A stretch of 64,000 nt of DNA from Nitrospirota bacterium (GTDB taxonomy: Bacteria; Nitrospirota; Thermodesulfovibrionia; Thermodesulfovibrionales; Dissulfurispiraceae). The notes under the pieces are model-generated. The model saw nothing but the letters and a program-made list of their open reading frames with translations, was not told where the DNA came from and ran no database searches. The DNA is taken from assembly GCA_963790025.1 (NCBI GenBank), contig CAWBMP010000005.1, positions 64,001 through 128,000 of the forward strand. The letters run 5' to 3'. Both the position numbers and the translations under genes were made by a program. Below, in pieces: positions 1 to 9,365 of the stretch; positions within the stretch are counted from its first letter, which is position 1; the number at the start of each line of letters is the position of its first letter.

Positions 1-1
1 G

Positions 2-427
2 TATAACATTCATACCAAAGAGAGCCTGAATATTACTTATCGCAATTCATCAGGCAAGTATGTTCCTGAAGCCCTGAACGAGCTGGACCGGTTCTTCCGT
101 TGTCATTATACCGGACAGGTGAAGGAAATGGATATCGTAACAATCGAATCCCTGAACCTGGTCGGGAAGATATTGGGAGGGAACCGCGAGATCCACGTCA
201 TATCCGGTTTCAGGTCCCCAGAGTATAATAATTTATTGATAAGCGAAGGAAGAGGGGTTGCGAAACACAGCATGCATCTCCTGGGAAAGGCGATCGATTT
301 TGCAATTCCCCAGGTGGCGCTTCTGAAGGTGAGGGACGTCGCCCTTAGCCTCGGACGCGGTGGCGTCGGATATTATCCAAAGTCGGATTTCGTCCATATA
401 GATTCCGGAAGAGTCAGATACTGGTAA
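2..427 (+). CDS. ycbK: YcbK/MepK (DUF882, peptidase M15) family protein, 5'-truncated by the window edge
   Basis: Frame is open from base 2 (YNIHTKESLNITYR...FFRCHYTG). Motifs ISGFRSPEYN, SMHLLGKAID and YYPKSDFVHIDSG are typical of the M15 Zn peptidase. Confidence 0.9.
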   Translation, partial: YNIHTKESLNITYRNSSGKYVPEALNELDRFFRCHYTGQVKEMDIVTIESLNLVGKILGGNREIHVISGFRSPEYNNLLISEGRGVAKHSMHLLGKAIDFAIPQVALLKVRDVALSLGRGGVGYYPKSDFVHIDSGRVRYW

Positions 428-439
428 CCGTCTGATATT

Positions 440-489
440 AGTGTCAGTGTTTAGGGTCATACAATGATTCCTTAACTGACGCTGACACT
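440..489. terminator. Long imperfect hairpin just after ycbK; possible terminator or processing stem
   Basis: AGTGTCAGTGT...ACGCTGACACT outer stem with an inner TTAGGGTCAT/ATGATTCCTTAA stem. There is no clear U-tract. Confidence 0.35.
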
Positions 490-504
490 GCATTATTCCC
501 CATA

Positions 505-558
505 TTGACAATGTCCGCGGCACTGCTATAAAGTATCCGGATGTTAGTAAGTGCTTAC
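505..558 (+). promoter_or_regulatory. Sigma70-type promoter with a downstream palindrome (candidate TetR operator)
   Basis: TTGACA (505-510), 16 nt spacer, TATAAA (527-532). GTAAG-TG-CTTAC inverted repeat at 547-558, immediately upstream of tetR. Confidence 0.6.
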
Positions 559-595
559 ATCGCTATCAGATGGAACCGCAGGGGGCAAGGAAGAT

Positions 596-1201
596 TTGTG
601 CATACAACAGGCTGAAGAACTGAACCCGACAAGGGAGAAAATACTTGAAACTGCATTGAGACTGTTTTCCAAAGAGGGCTATCTCGGCGCGACTACGCGC
701 GAGATTGCCAGAGAGGCCGGTGTCGCAGAGGTTACCCTCTTCCGGTATTTTCCTTCAAAGGAAAGGCTTTTTGAGGAAACGATAAAAACCAATTCCTTTC
801 TGCCCGAGCTGAGAGGGCTTTTGCCCGAAATCATGGAAATGCCTTATGAGCGCGCTTTGGCGGTAATTGCAAAGAAGTTCATCGAGACGCTTGTACTCAG
901 GAAGGACATTATCAAGATCATGCAAGCGGAAATGCAGCGTTATCCGGAAAAAATCCATAAGATATTCCATGCATTCAGCGATGAGATATATAATGTGATA
1001 GCGTCATATTTTTCCGCGATGCAGAAGAAAGGTGTGTTGAGGGAGTTCGATACAGAGTTTGCCGCCAGGGCCTTTTTCGGCATGTTCTTTTCTTATTTCA
1101 ACGCAGAGGAATTCTTCATGCGCAAAAAATACAGGACGGTTGAGCTCGATGCCACGATCAGTGCGTATGTGGATATCTTTGCGAGAGGGACATGGAAATG
1201 A
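596..1201 (+). CDS. TetR/AcrR family transcriptional regulator
   Basis: N-terminal HTH (TREKILETALRLFSKEGYLGATTREIAREAGVAEVTLFRYF). TTG start at 596 chosen; the ORF is open from 551. Confidence 0.93.
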   Translation: MCIQQAEELNPTREKILETALRLFSKEGYLGATTREIAREAGVAEVTLFRYFPSKERLFEETIKTNSFLPELRGLLPEIMEMPYERALAVIAKKFIETLVLRKDIIKIMQAEMQRYPEKIHKIFHAFSDEIYNVIASYFSAMQKKGVLREFDTEFAARAFFGMFFSYFNAEEFFMRKKYRTVELDATISAYVDIFARGTWK

Positions 1202-2547
1202 TTGAGTTAAAAGGCACAGAATTCTGCAAAATGGGAATTATAGTTTTGCTGCTTTTTTTCCTCTTCGGGATGCTGCTGCCGTCCCTTTGCCGGGCGGAAG
1301 AAAACCCGGCGATACTGACTCTTAGTGACGGTCTTAAAATTGCCACGGAGAAGAGCCGGCTGATAAAGATAGCGTCGCGCGGCAGGGACGTTTCATCTGC
1401 GGATGTTTCGATTGCGAGATCACTGTATCTGCCGACCGTCAATGCCTCATTGAGCCAGACATTTCTTGCCAACCAGACCATAGCTATCTTCGGGCCCCTG
1501 TTGGTGCCCGAGGCGAACAAAAGTCCTCTCTCTTACGGTTTTGATGTGCAGCAGGTGCTGTATGACTTCGGCTTGCGGTCATCGCGCTACGAGGCTGCTT
1601 CTACTGCCCTGGATACGGCGGAGCTGAACATTGATAGAGTGAAGAACATCGTGGCCCTTGATTTCATTATCGCCTACTTTGACCTCCTCGAAACGGAAAA
1701 GATGGCATTGGTCGGAGAGCGTGAGGTCGAGAGGCTGACATCGCATCTGGAAACTGCGCAGAGCCTTTACAGAGAAGGAGTCATTACCAGGAACGACCTC
1801 CTGCAGGCGGAGGTCCGGCTTTCCGATGCACAGCAGCGCTATTTAACAACAACGAACATGAGGACCATCAATGCCGCCAGGCTCAATAATATTTTGTCCA
1901 GGTCCTTGAAAAATCCGGTGCAGGTTACCGATGCAGCCCGTGAGCCCCGCTGCGAGACCGGCCTTGACAGCGCATGGGAAGTTGCCGAGAACTTACGCAT
2001 TGAGCTTAAAACCATGGACCGTGCATTAAAGATCAACGATCTGGAGAAGGCTGCCAGGCGGTCTGAATACTTCCCTAAAATTTTTGCCGATGGCGGGTAT
2101 AATTTTACCGACAACCGCTATCTGCTCCACGATGACAACTGGTCGCTTATCTTGGGTTTGAACATTAATATATTCAGTGGCGGAAGCACAAAGGCAGAGA
2201 TAGCGAAAATCGACTACCAAAGAGAGCAGATTTTAGAGCAGCGGCAGAAGCTTGTTGACGACATAAAGCTCGATGTCGAAAAAAGTTATTTTGACATGAA
2301 AAACGCTGACGAACGTATCAAGGTGACCAGGGATGCAATAGAGCAGGGTGAAGAGAACCTCAAGATCAACAAGGTGCGGTACCGTGAGGGGATCGGCACG
2401 TCGACAGACGTGCTTGACGCGATAACATTGCTCACAACCGCTGAAACCAATTATTACCGTGCGGTATACGAATACAGGCGGGCGCAGGGGACATTTATGT
2501 ATGCAATGGGACTAGATCTGGCTTCGGAATACCGGGAGGACAAATAA
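1198..2547 (+). CDS. TolC family outer membrane efflux protein (copy 1)
   Basis: Signal peptide and two OEP repeats (YLPTVNAS, YREGVITRNDLLQAEV, YREGIGTSTDVLDA). ATGA overlap with the tetR stop. Confidence 0.9.
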   Translation: MIELKGTEFCKMGIIVLLLFFLFGMLLPSLCRAEENPAILTLSDGLKIATEKSRLIKIASRGRDVSSADVSIARSLYLPTVNASLSQTFLANQTIAIFGPLLVPEANKSPLSYGFDVQQVLYDFGLRSSRYEAASTALDTAELNIDRVKNIVALDFIIAYFDLLETEKMALVGEREVERLTSHLETAQSLYREGVITRNDLLQAEVRLSDAQQRYLTTTNMRTINAARLNNILSRSLKNPVQVTDAAREPRCETGLDSAWEVAENLRIELKTMDRALKINDLEKAARRSEYFPKIFADGGYNFTDNRYLLHDDNWSLILGLNINIFSGGSTKAEIAKIDYQREQILEQRQKLVDDIKLDVEKSYFDMKNADERIKVTRDAIEQGEENLKINKVRYREGIGTSTDVLDAITLLTTAETNYYRAVYEYRRAQGTFMYAMGLDLASEYREDK

Positions 2548-3875
2548 TGAAAAAAAGAAGTAAATTGCAGTATGCCGTTATTATTTGTATTGCCGCAGTC
2601 CTGGTATGGGTCCAGTGTCCTGAGAAGTCTTTCAGCGCGCAGGAAGAGGAAATCATCAAGGCAGGCGAGGTGCTAAGCCTGGACCGCTGTATTCAAATCG
2701 CGCTTCTTAAGCAGCCTTCTATTCTTGCCGCTTTTTATACCGTGGAGGTGAACCGCAGCAGAATCGGCGAGGCACAATCAAATTATTACCCGCAGATAGG
2801 GGCCTCAGGCGGCTATACCAGGATCAAGCCGATATTTGAAACTGTGAGTGGCGGTTTTATAAACAGCCCGTCGGCCTTCGACCAGTACACCAGCAGCCTT
2901 ACGCTCTCACAGAATATATATGATTTTGGAAAGACCTCTTCCCAGGTGAAAATCCAGAAATTCAATTTTGATTCAGCCGGCTCCGACCTCGAGACCAGTA
3001 AAGAGCAGATAGTCTTAAACGTCAGGCAGACGTATTACAGCGTAATTCAGGCTGCCAGAAACAGGGCGGTAGCCGAGGAAGCGGTAGGGCAATACCAGCA
3101 GCACCTCGAGCAGTCCCGCGGTTTTTATGAAGTCGGCACCAAACCGAGATATGATGTAATAACGGCAGAGGTAAATTTGAGCAATGCCAAACTGAACTTA
3201 ATAACGGCGGATAATGCTCTCAAAATAGCGCGGGTGAACCTGAACAACGCCATTGGGGTTTCCAATGCCCCCGCATACACTATCGAGGATACGCTCACCT
3301 TTAACAAATACGAGATAACGCTCGATGGCGCGCTTTCCAGGGCGATGGCGAACAGACCGGATATTCAATCGCTGGTTTTGCGCAGGAAGGCGGCTGAAGA
3401 AAACGTTTCTTTTGCAAGGACCGGATACTATCCGGCATTGACCGGCAACGCCGCCTATAATTGGGAGGGAACAAGGCTTCCCCTTGAAAGCGGGTGGAAT
3501 GCAGGCATTGCGATAACGGTCCCCATTTTCAGCGGTTTTCTTACCAAACATCAGGTTGCCGAGGCCGAGTCGAATTTGAATGTGGCGCTTGCCAATGAGG
3601 CGGTGGTCAGGCAGAATGTTGTGCTTGACGTCCAGCAGTCATATCTTAACCTGAAGCAGGCAGAGGACAGTATTGCTACTGCCGGTCTGGCGGTCCAACA
3701 GGCCACTGAGAACCTCGATATTGCGAACGGACGTTATGCAGCGGGAGTGGGAAATCCTATCGAAGTTACGGATGCCCAGGTAACATACAGCAACGCAAAA
3801 TTGGCATATATCCAGGCCCTCACCAATTATAATGTTGCCCATGCAAGCCTGTTGAAAGCAATGGGGGAACGATGA
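2547..3875 (+). CDS. TolC family outer membrane efflux protein (copy 2)
   Basis: Signal peptide and OEP repeats (YYPQIGAS, YEVGTKPRYDVITAEV, YAAGVGNPIEVTDAQ). Confidence 0.9.
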   Translation: MKKRSKLQYAVIICIAAVLVWVQCPEKSFSAQEEEIIKAGEVLSLDRCIQIALLKQPSILAAFYTVEVNRSRIGEAQSNYYPQIGASGGYTRIKPIFETVSGGFINSPSAFDQYTSSLTLSQNIYDFGKTSSQVKIQKFNFDSAGSDLETSKEQIVLNVRQTYYSVIQAARNRAVAEEAVGQYQQHLEQSRGFYEVGTKPRYDVITAEVNLSNAKLNLITADNALKIARVNLNNAIGVSNAPAYTIEDTLTFNKYEITLDGALSRAMANRPDIQSLVLRRKAAEENVSFARTGYYPALTGNAAYNWEGTRLPLESGWNAGIAITVPIFSGFLTKHQVAEAESNLNVALANEAVVRQNVVLDVQQSYLNLKQAEDSIATAGLAVQQATENLDIANGRYAAGVGNPIEVTDAQVTYSNAKLAYIQALTNYNVAHASLLKAMGER

Positions 3876-5104
3876 CCAGACAAACCACGGAGAACGCAGA
3901 GAAAATGATTAATTTAAGAAAACAAAACTTGGAACGCGGAATACACAGAGAAGAATCTCTGTGCTCTCTAAGGTTTAATTCTTTCAACACAAAGAGAAAA
4001 ATCTCTGTGTGCTCCGTGGTTCTTGTTTTTTTCATTCTTGCTTCCTGCTCTTCGGGGACAAAAGAAAAGCCGGCGCCGCCCAAGGTGCCCGTCCTTGCGG
4101 GTTTTGCTGTCCAAAAGGATGTCCCTGTGCAACTGACCACCATAGGCAATGTGGAAGCCTATTCAACCGTTGAAGTCAATTCCCGTATAGGAGGACAGCT
4201 TGTTCGCGTTCATTTTAAAGAGGGCCAGGATGTCAATAAGGGAGATATCCTTTTTACTATAGATCCGCGTCCTTACGAGGCTGCGCTGGGGCAGGCGGAA
4301 GCAAATCTGGGAAGGGACACGGCGCAGTTGAATAATGCCCGTCAACAGGAGCGGCGCTATGAGGAACTGGTAAAAAAGGGCTATGTGGCACAGGCCGATT
4401 ATGATCAGATGCGCACCAATGCAGATGCGCTTGAGGCTACGGTCAAGGCTGATAAGGCTGCCGCCGAAAATGCCCGGCTCCAGTTGATATACTGTTTCAT
4501 TTACTCCCCCATCACGGGACGCACGGGGAACCTGCTCGTTCACCAGGGCAGCATGATCAAAGAGAATGATAAAACCATAGTCACGATCAACCAGATACAG
4601 CCGGTTTATGTGAGTTTTAACCTGCCCGAGCAAAGCCTGCCGGATGTCAAAAAATACTCGGCCTTAGGCGAGCTGAAAGTGAATGTCTCTTTTCCTCAGA
4701 ATGCAGGGCCTACGCTGCAGGGAGAACTGACCTTTATAGATAATGCGGTAGACAAGACGACAGGGACGATACGTCTCAAAGCTACCTTCGCAAACAGCGA
4801 CAGGCGCCTCTGGCCCGGACAGTTTGTCAATGTCGTATTAAATCTCACGACGCGGCACAACGCTGTTGTGGTGCCTTCTCAGGCGATTCAGACCGGACAG
4901 CAGGGACAGTACGTATTTGTTATCAGGCGTGATGGGACAGTTGAAATGCGTCCTGTTGCAGCGGGCATGACTTCCGGAAGTGAAGCCGTTGTCGATAAGG
5001 GTGTTGTTTCCGGCGAGCAGGTGGTTACCGACGGGCAACTCCGTCTCGTTCCAGGGGCAAAAGTTGAAGTCAATAAATCAGCTGAGCGCAAAAGACCGCT
5101 ATAA
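3872..5104 (+). CDS. RND efflux periplasmic adaptor (MdtA-like), with an N-terminal extension encoded by a repeat element
   Basis: Lipobox-like ILASC, lipoyl/hairpin motifs (FKEGQDVNKGDILFTIDPRPY, SPITGRTG) and LWPGQFV. Confidence 0.9.
   Translation: MTRQTTENAEKMINLRKQNLERGIHREESLCSLRFNSFNTKRKISVCSVVLVFFILASCSSGTKEKPAPPKVPVLAGFAVQKDVPVQLTTIGNVEAYSTVEVNSRIGGQLVRVHFKEGQDVNKGDILFTIDPRPYEAALGQAEANLGRDTAQLNNARQQERRYEELVKKGYVAQADYDQMRTNADALEATVKADKAAAENARLQLIYCFIYSPITGRTGNLLVHQGSMIKENDKTIVTINQIQPVYVSFNLPEQSLPDVKKYSALGELKVNVSFPQNAGPTLQGELTFIDNAVDKTTGTIRLKATFANSDRRLWPGQFVNVVLNLTTRHNAVVVPSQAIQTGQQGQYVFVIRRDGTVEMRPVAAGMTSGSEAVVDKGVVSGEQVVTDGQLRLVPGAKVEVNKSAERKRPL
3883..4021. repeat. Palindromic REP/MITE-like element inside the adaptor gene 5' end
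   Basis: Terminal inverted repeats AACCACGGAGAACGCAGAGA / TCTCTGTGTGCTCCGTGGTT (2 mismatches), plus an internal CACAGAGA-AGAA-TCTCTGTG hairpin. Confidence 0.7.
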
Positions 5105-8100
5105 TGCATATTGCTGAACTTTTTATACGCCGTCCGGTCATGACTGTTCTGGTCATGTTTGCAATCCTGCTGTTCGGGTTTATGGGGTACCGTTTTCTGC
5201 CTGTGAGCGATCTGCCGAATGTGGATTTTCCGACACTGCTGGTTACGGCCAGTCTCCCGGGCGCAAGCCCTGATACAATGGCTTCGGCAGTGGCTACGCC
5301 CCTTGAGCGCCAGTTCTCGACCATTGCCGGAGTGGATTCCATGAACTCGGTCAATGCATTGGGAAACACGCAGATCACGATCCAGTTTAATCTTAGCAGG
5401 AACATCGATGCCGCGGCGCAGGACGTGCAGGCGATGATCGCAAAGGCAGGACCCCTCCTCCCCAAGAACATGCCTGTTCCTCCGACATACCAGAAAGTCA
5501 ACCCTGCGGACCAGCCGGTTATATACCTCTCGCTGAGTTCACCAACTTTGCCGCTTTCTGCTGTTAATGAATATGCGGACACCATGATAGCGCAGAGAAT
5601 CTCAATGATAAGCGGCGTTGCACAGGTCCAGATCTTCGGCTCGCAGAAATTCGCGGTGCGCGCGCAGCTCAATCCGAGTGCTCTCGCTTCAAGGGGCATC
5701 GGGATTGACGAGATTTCCACAGCAGTCCAAAATGGCAATGTCAATCTTCCCACGGGTACTCTGGATGGAAAGAGCCAGGCTTATACAATTGAAGCCAACG
5801 GCCAATTACTTGATGCGTCGGGGTATCGCCCGCTTATAGTAGCTTACCGCAACGGCAATCCGGTGAGATTGTTTGAACTCGGCAATGTTATTAACGATGT
5901 CGAGAACAATAAAGTGGCAAGCTGGTACGGAGATACCCGCTCCATTGTTCTCGCTATACAGCGTCAACCGGGCACGAACACGATAGAAGTGGTTGACTCC
6001 ATCAAGGCGCTTCTGCCCAAGTTCCGCGCACAGATGCCGGCATCCGTGAATCTGAACATCCTTTATGACCGCTCCGTGTCTATCCGGGATTCTGTCGGGG
6101 ATGTTAAATTCACACTGTTGTTGACTATCGCACTCGTTGTTATGGTCATTTTTCTCTTTCTGCGCAATCTTTCTGCCACCATCATCCCGAGTCTTGCACT
6201 GCCCATGTCCATAGTGGGCACCTTTGCGGCAATGTACCTGCTGGGATATAGTCTCGATAATTTTTCATTGATGGCGCTTACGCTTTCGGTAGGATTTGTC
6301 GTGGATGACGCGATAGTCATGCTCGAAAATATTGTGAGACACATGGAAAAGGGTGAAGGCGTGCTCGATGCAGCTCTAAAAGGTTCGAGGGAAATAGGTT
6401 TTACCATTCTTTCCATGACGCTTTCTCTTGTCGCGGTTTTTATTCCGGTTCTCTTTATGGGCGGTATTCTGGGCCGTCTCCTCCACGAGTTTGCGATAAC
6501 GATAAGCATGGCCATACTGATCTCGGGGTTTGTTTCGCTGAGTCTTACACCCATGCTGTGCAGCAGGTTCCTCCGGCCGCATGGAGAAGTGAAGCATGGG
6601 AAACTATATATGCTCATGGAGAATTTTTTTGATGGAATGCTTAAAGGGTATGACTGGAGTCTTCAGCGGGTACTGCGCCGCAGGCGCAGCGTAATGATAA
6701 TCTCCATTTTACTGATTTTTGTTACCGGCTGGCTTTTTACAAGGATGCCGATGGGGTTTCTCCCCTCTGAGGACACAGGGTCGATCTTTGCTTTCACAGA
6801 GGCCCAGCAGGGAATCTCCTTCGAAGACATGAAGCTGCACCAACTTGCCCTGGCTTCGATTGTCCGCAGCGACCCTAACATCGAGACTTATTTTTCATCC
6901 ATAGGAGCAGGCGGACCGAACGTTGCGAGCAACACAGGTCGTATTTTCATGAGGCTGAAACCTCGTTCAGAACGGAAATTGAGCGCTGATGAAATAATCC
7001 AGGAATTGAGACCCAAGCTGTCCGTGGTCCCCGGAATTCGCATTTTCATGCAGAACCTTCCTCCGATCCGTATCGGGGGCCAATTGACAAAAAGCCTTTA
7101 TCAATTTACTTTGCAGGGTCCCGACACAGCCGATCTTTACAGTCGAGCCACGGAATTTGAGGAAAAAATGCGCTCCCTTCCACAGCTTCAGGATGTTACC
7201 AGCGACCTGCAGATCAGGAACCCGCAGGTGAATTTGAATATAGACCGGGACCAGGCCGCTGCCCTCGGCGTTTCAGCGACCCAGGTCGAGGATGCCCTCT
7301 ATACGGCTTACGGCTCCCGCCAGATCTCGACTATATTTGCGCCTAATAACCAATATCAGGTCATCATGGAGCTTGAGCCGAGGTACCAGGCTGACCCTGC
7401 GGCCCTTTCCCTGCTCTATGTGCACTCATCCAACAATCAACTGGTTCCTCTCAGTGCTGTGGCAAAGCCGGAAAAGGGAGTGGGCCCGCTTACAGTGAAC
7501 CATCTGGGGCAGTTGCCTGCCGTGACTATTTCTTTTAATCTAAGGCCCGGCGTGGCACTGGGTGAAGCCGTGGGGAAAGTTGACAGGCTAGCCCGTGCCG
7601 ATCTCCCCCAGACTATCAGTACGAGTTTCCAGGGTACGGCCCAGGCTTTCCAGTCGTCCACACAGGGACTGTGGGTCCTGCTCATAGTGGCGATACTTGT
7701 TATCTATATAGTATTGGGAATACTGTATGAGAGTTTCATCCATCCTCTGACTATCCTTTCAGGACTCCCCTCCGCCGGTATAGGAGCGCTTCTGACGCTG
7801 ATGCTGTTCGGCAAGGACCTGAATATTTATGCCTTTGTAGGGATTATCATGCTCGTCGGTATCGTGAAGAAAAATGCCATTATGATGATAGATTTCGCCC
7901 TGGGGGCCCAAAGGGAGGGCGGCAAGAGCGCCCAGGATGCTATTTATGAAGGAGCGTTGATAAGGTTCCGACCCATCATGATGACAACTATGGCGGCGCT
8001 GATGGGGACCCTGCCGATCGCCCTTGGTGTCGGTGCAGGATCGGAAGCCAGACGTCCCCTTGGACTCGCGGTCGTCGGCGGTCTGGTTTTCTCGCAACTG

Positions 8101-8175
8101 CTTACACTGTATATTACCCCTGTCATCTATACATATCTTGATGCTTTACAACATAAAGTAAAAAGTGAAAAATAA
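5104..8175 (+). CDS. RND efflux permease (MdtB/MdtC-like, HAE1)
   Basis: 1023 aa. FIRRPV start, proton-relay motifs VVDDAIVMLEN and GIVKKNAIMMIDF, and RFRPIMMTT. Confidence 0.95.
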   Translation: MHIAELFIRRPVMTVLVMFAILLFGFMGYRFLPVSDLPNVDFPTLLVTASLPGASPDTMASAVATPLERQFSTIAGVDSMNSVNALGNTQITIQFNLSRNIDAAAQDVQAMIAKAGPLLPKNMPVPPTYQKVNPADQPVIYLSLSSPTLPLSAVNEYADTMIAQRISMISGVAQVQIFGSQKFAVRAQLNPSALASRGIGIDEISTAVQNGNVNLPTGTLDGKSQAYTIEANGQLLDASGYRPLIVAYRNGNPVRLFELGNVINDVENNKVASWYGDTRSIVLAIQRQPGTNTIEVVDSIKALLPKFRAQMPASVNLNILYDRSVSIRDSVGDVKFTLLLTIALVVMVIFLFLRNLSATIIPSLALPMSIVGTFAAMYLLGYSLDNFSLMALTLSVGFVVDDAIVMLENIVRHMEKGEGVLDAALKGSREIGFTILSMTLSLVAVFIPVLFMGGILGRLLHEFAITISMAILISGFVSLSLTPMLCSRFLRPHGEVKHGKLYMLMENFFDGMLKGYDWSLQRVLRRRRSVMIISILLIFVTGWLFTRMPMGFLPSEDTGSIFAFTEAQQGISFEDMKLHQLALASIVRSDPNIETYFSSIGAGGPNVASNTGRIFMRLKPRSERKLSADEIIQELRPKLSVVPGIRIFMQNLPPIRIGGQLTKSLYQFTLQGPDTADLYSRATEFEEKMRSLPQLQDVTSDLQIRNPQVNLNIDRDQAAALGVSATQVEDALYTAYGSRQISTIFAPNNQYQVIMELEPRYQADPAALSLLYVHSSNNQLVPLSAVAKPEKGVGPLTVNHLGQLPAVTISFNLRPGVALGEAVGKVDRLARADLPQTISTSFQGTAQAFQSSTQGLWVLLIVAILVIYIVLGILYESFIHPLTILSGLPSAGIGALLTLMLFGKDLNIYAFVGIIMLVGIVKKNAIMMIDFALGAQREGGKSAQDAIYEGALIRFRPIMMTTMAALMGTLPIALGVGAGSEARRPLGLAVVGGLVFSQLLTLYITPVIYTYLDALQHKVKSEK

Positions 8176-8239
8176 AAAACAAAAGAAAATATTATATGTT
8201 TGTCATTACTTTTTACTTTTGACTTCTCACTATTTACTT
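8156..8239. repeat. 7-nt-periodic inverted repeat element at the RND/emrA junction
   Basis: Left arm AAGTAAA AAGTGAA AAATAAA AAACAAA; right arm TTTACTT TTGACTT CTCACTA TTTACTT. Confidence 0.6.
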
Positions 8240-8261
8240 GTTTTTCCTGCGGAGGTGGAAT

Positions 8262-9365
8262 ATGGAAGAGACTAAACCTGAAAATAACGGAGAGCGCACT
8301 AACAAGAAAAAGATGGCGCTTGTCGTATTTGCCGTTCTTGGCGTGGTTGGCGCTGTGGTCCTTTATTTATACCTGGGCTATCAGGCCACCCATATTTCAA
8401 CTGACGATGCTTTCGTGGACGGCCACATACATACTATTGCATCAAAAATACCGGGGACGGTAAAGGAAGTTTTTGTCGACGATAATCAGCTGGTCAAAAA
8501 GGGAGATCTGCTTGTCGAAATAGACCCTGCAGATTATGACGCGATAGTGAGAGAAACGTCATCAGGCCTTGGCGCGGAGCAGGCGAGGCTTACTGAGATA
8601 GGGGCGAGGGTCGAAGCGGCAAAACGACAACTTGCCGAACTCAGGGCCGGTGTCGAGACAGCCCGGGCAAACCTGGAACTGCAGGAAGCAAACCTCGGGC
8701 AGGCCGGGCGGGACGAAAAAAGGGCGGAGGCCCTTTTCGCATCCGATGCATATTCCAAAGAACGGTATGAGAAAACAAAGACGGCATATGACGTAGCGAG
8801 AGCGCAGGTGAAGGCGGCGCAGGAGCAACTCCGCCAGGCCGAAATAGCGGTTGAGACGCAAAAGGCAGTGGTGCTGCAGGTCGAATCGGCGGGTGCATCA
8901 CAGCGGTCCACCATAAAGCAAAAAGCGGCACAGCTGGATACGGCTGAACTCAATTACAGTTATGCGAAAATTTATGCTCCGGCGGACGGTTATATCACTA
9001 AAAAATCGGTGGAACGGGGCAACCAGATTCAGGCGGGCCAACCGCTGATGGCAGTTACCGCGCTTAACGATATATGGGTAATTGCGAATTACAAGGAAAC
9101 AGAACTGAAGAAAATAAGACCGGGGCGGAAAGTCTCTATAAAAATTGACACCTATCCCGGTAAAAGGTTCAGGGGGACGGTGGACAGCATAATGGCGGGG
9201 ACCGGATCGGTATTCTCTCTTTTTCCGCCTGAGAACGCCACAGGCAATTTTGTAAAAGTGGTGCAGCGGATACCGGTCAAGATAGTGCTTGACAAGGACA
9301 CGGATGCGGGGCATCTCCTGCGTATCGGGATGTCGGTCGTGCCTACGGTAGTAGTCGGGAAATGA
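8262..9365 (+). CDS. emrA: EmrA/HlyD family membrane fusion protein
   Basis: STDDAFVDG and GTGSVFSLFPPENATGNFVKVVQRIPVKI signature. GGAGG RBS before ATG 8262. Confidence 0.92.
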   Translation: MEETKPENNGERTNKKKMALVVFAVLGVVGAVVLYLYLGYQATHISTDDAFVDGHIHTIASKIPGTVKEVFVDDNQLVKKGDLLVEIDPADYDAIVRETSSGLGAEQARLTEIGARVEAAKRQLAELRAGVETARANLELQEANLGQAGRDEKRAEALFASDAYSKERYEKTKTAYDVARAQVKAAQEQLRQAEIAVETQKAVVLQVESAGASQRSTIKQKAAQLDTAELNYSYAKIYAPADGYITKKSVERGNQIQAGQPLMAVTALNDIWVIANYKETELKKIRPGRKVSIKIDTYPGKRFRGTVDSIMAGTGSVFSLFPPENATGNFVKVVQRIPVKIVLDKDTDAGHLLRIGMSVVPTVVVGK

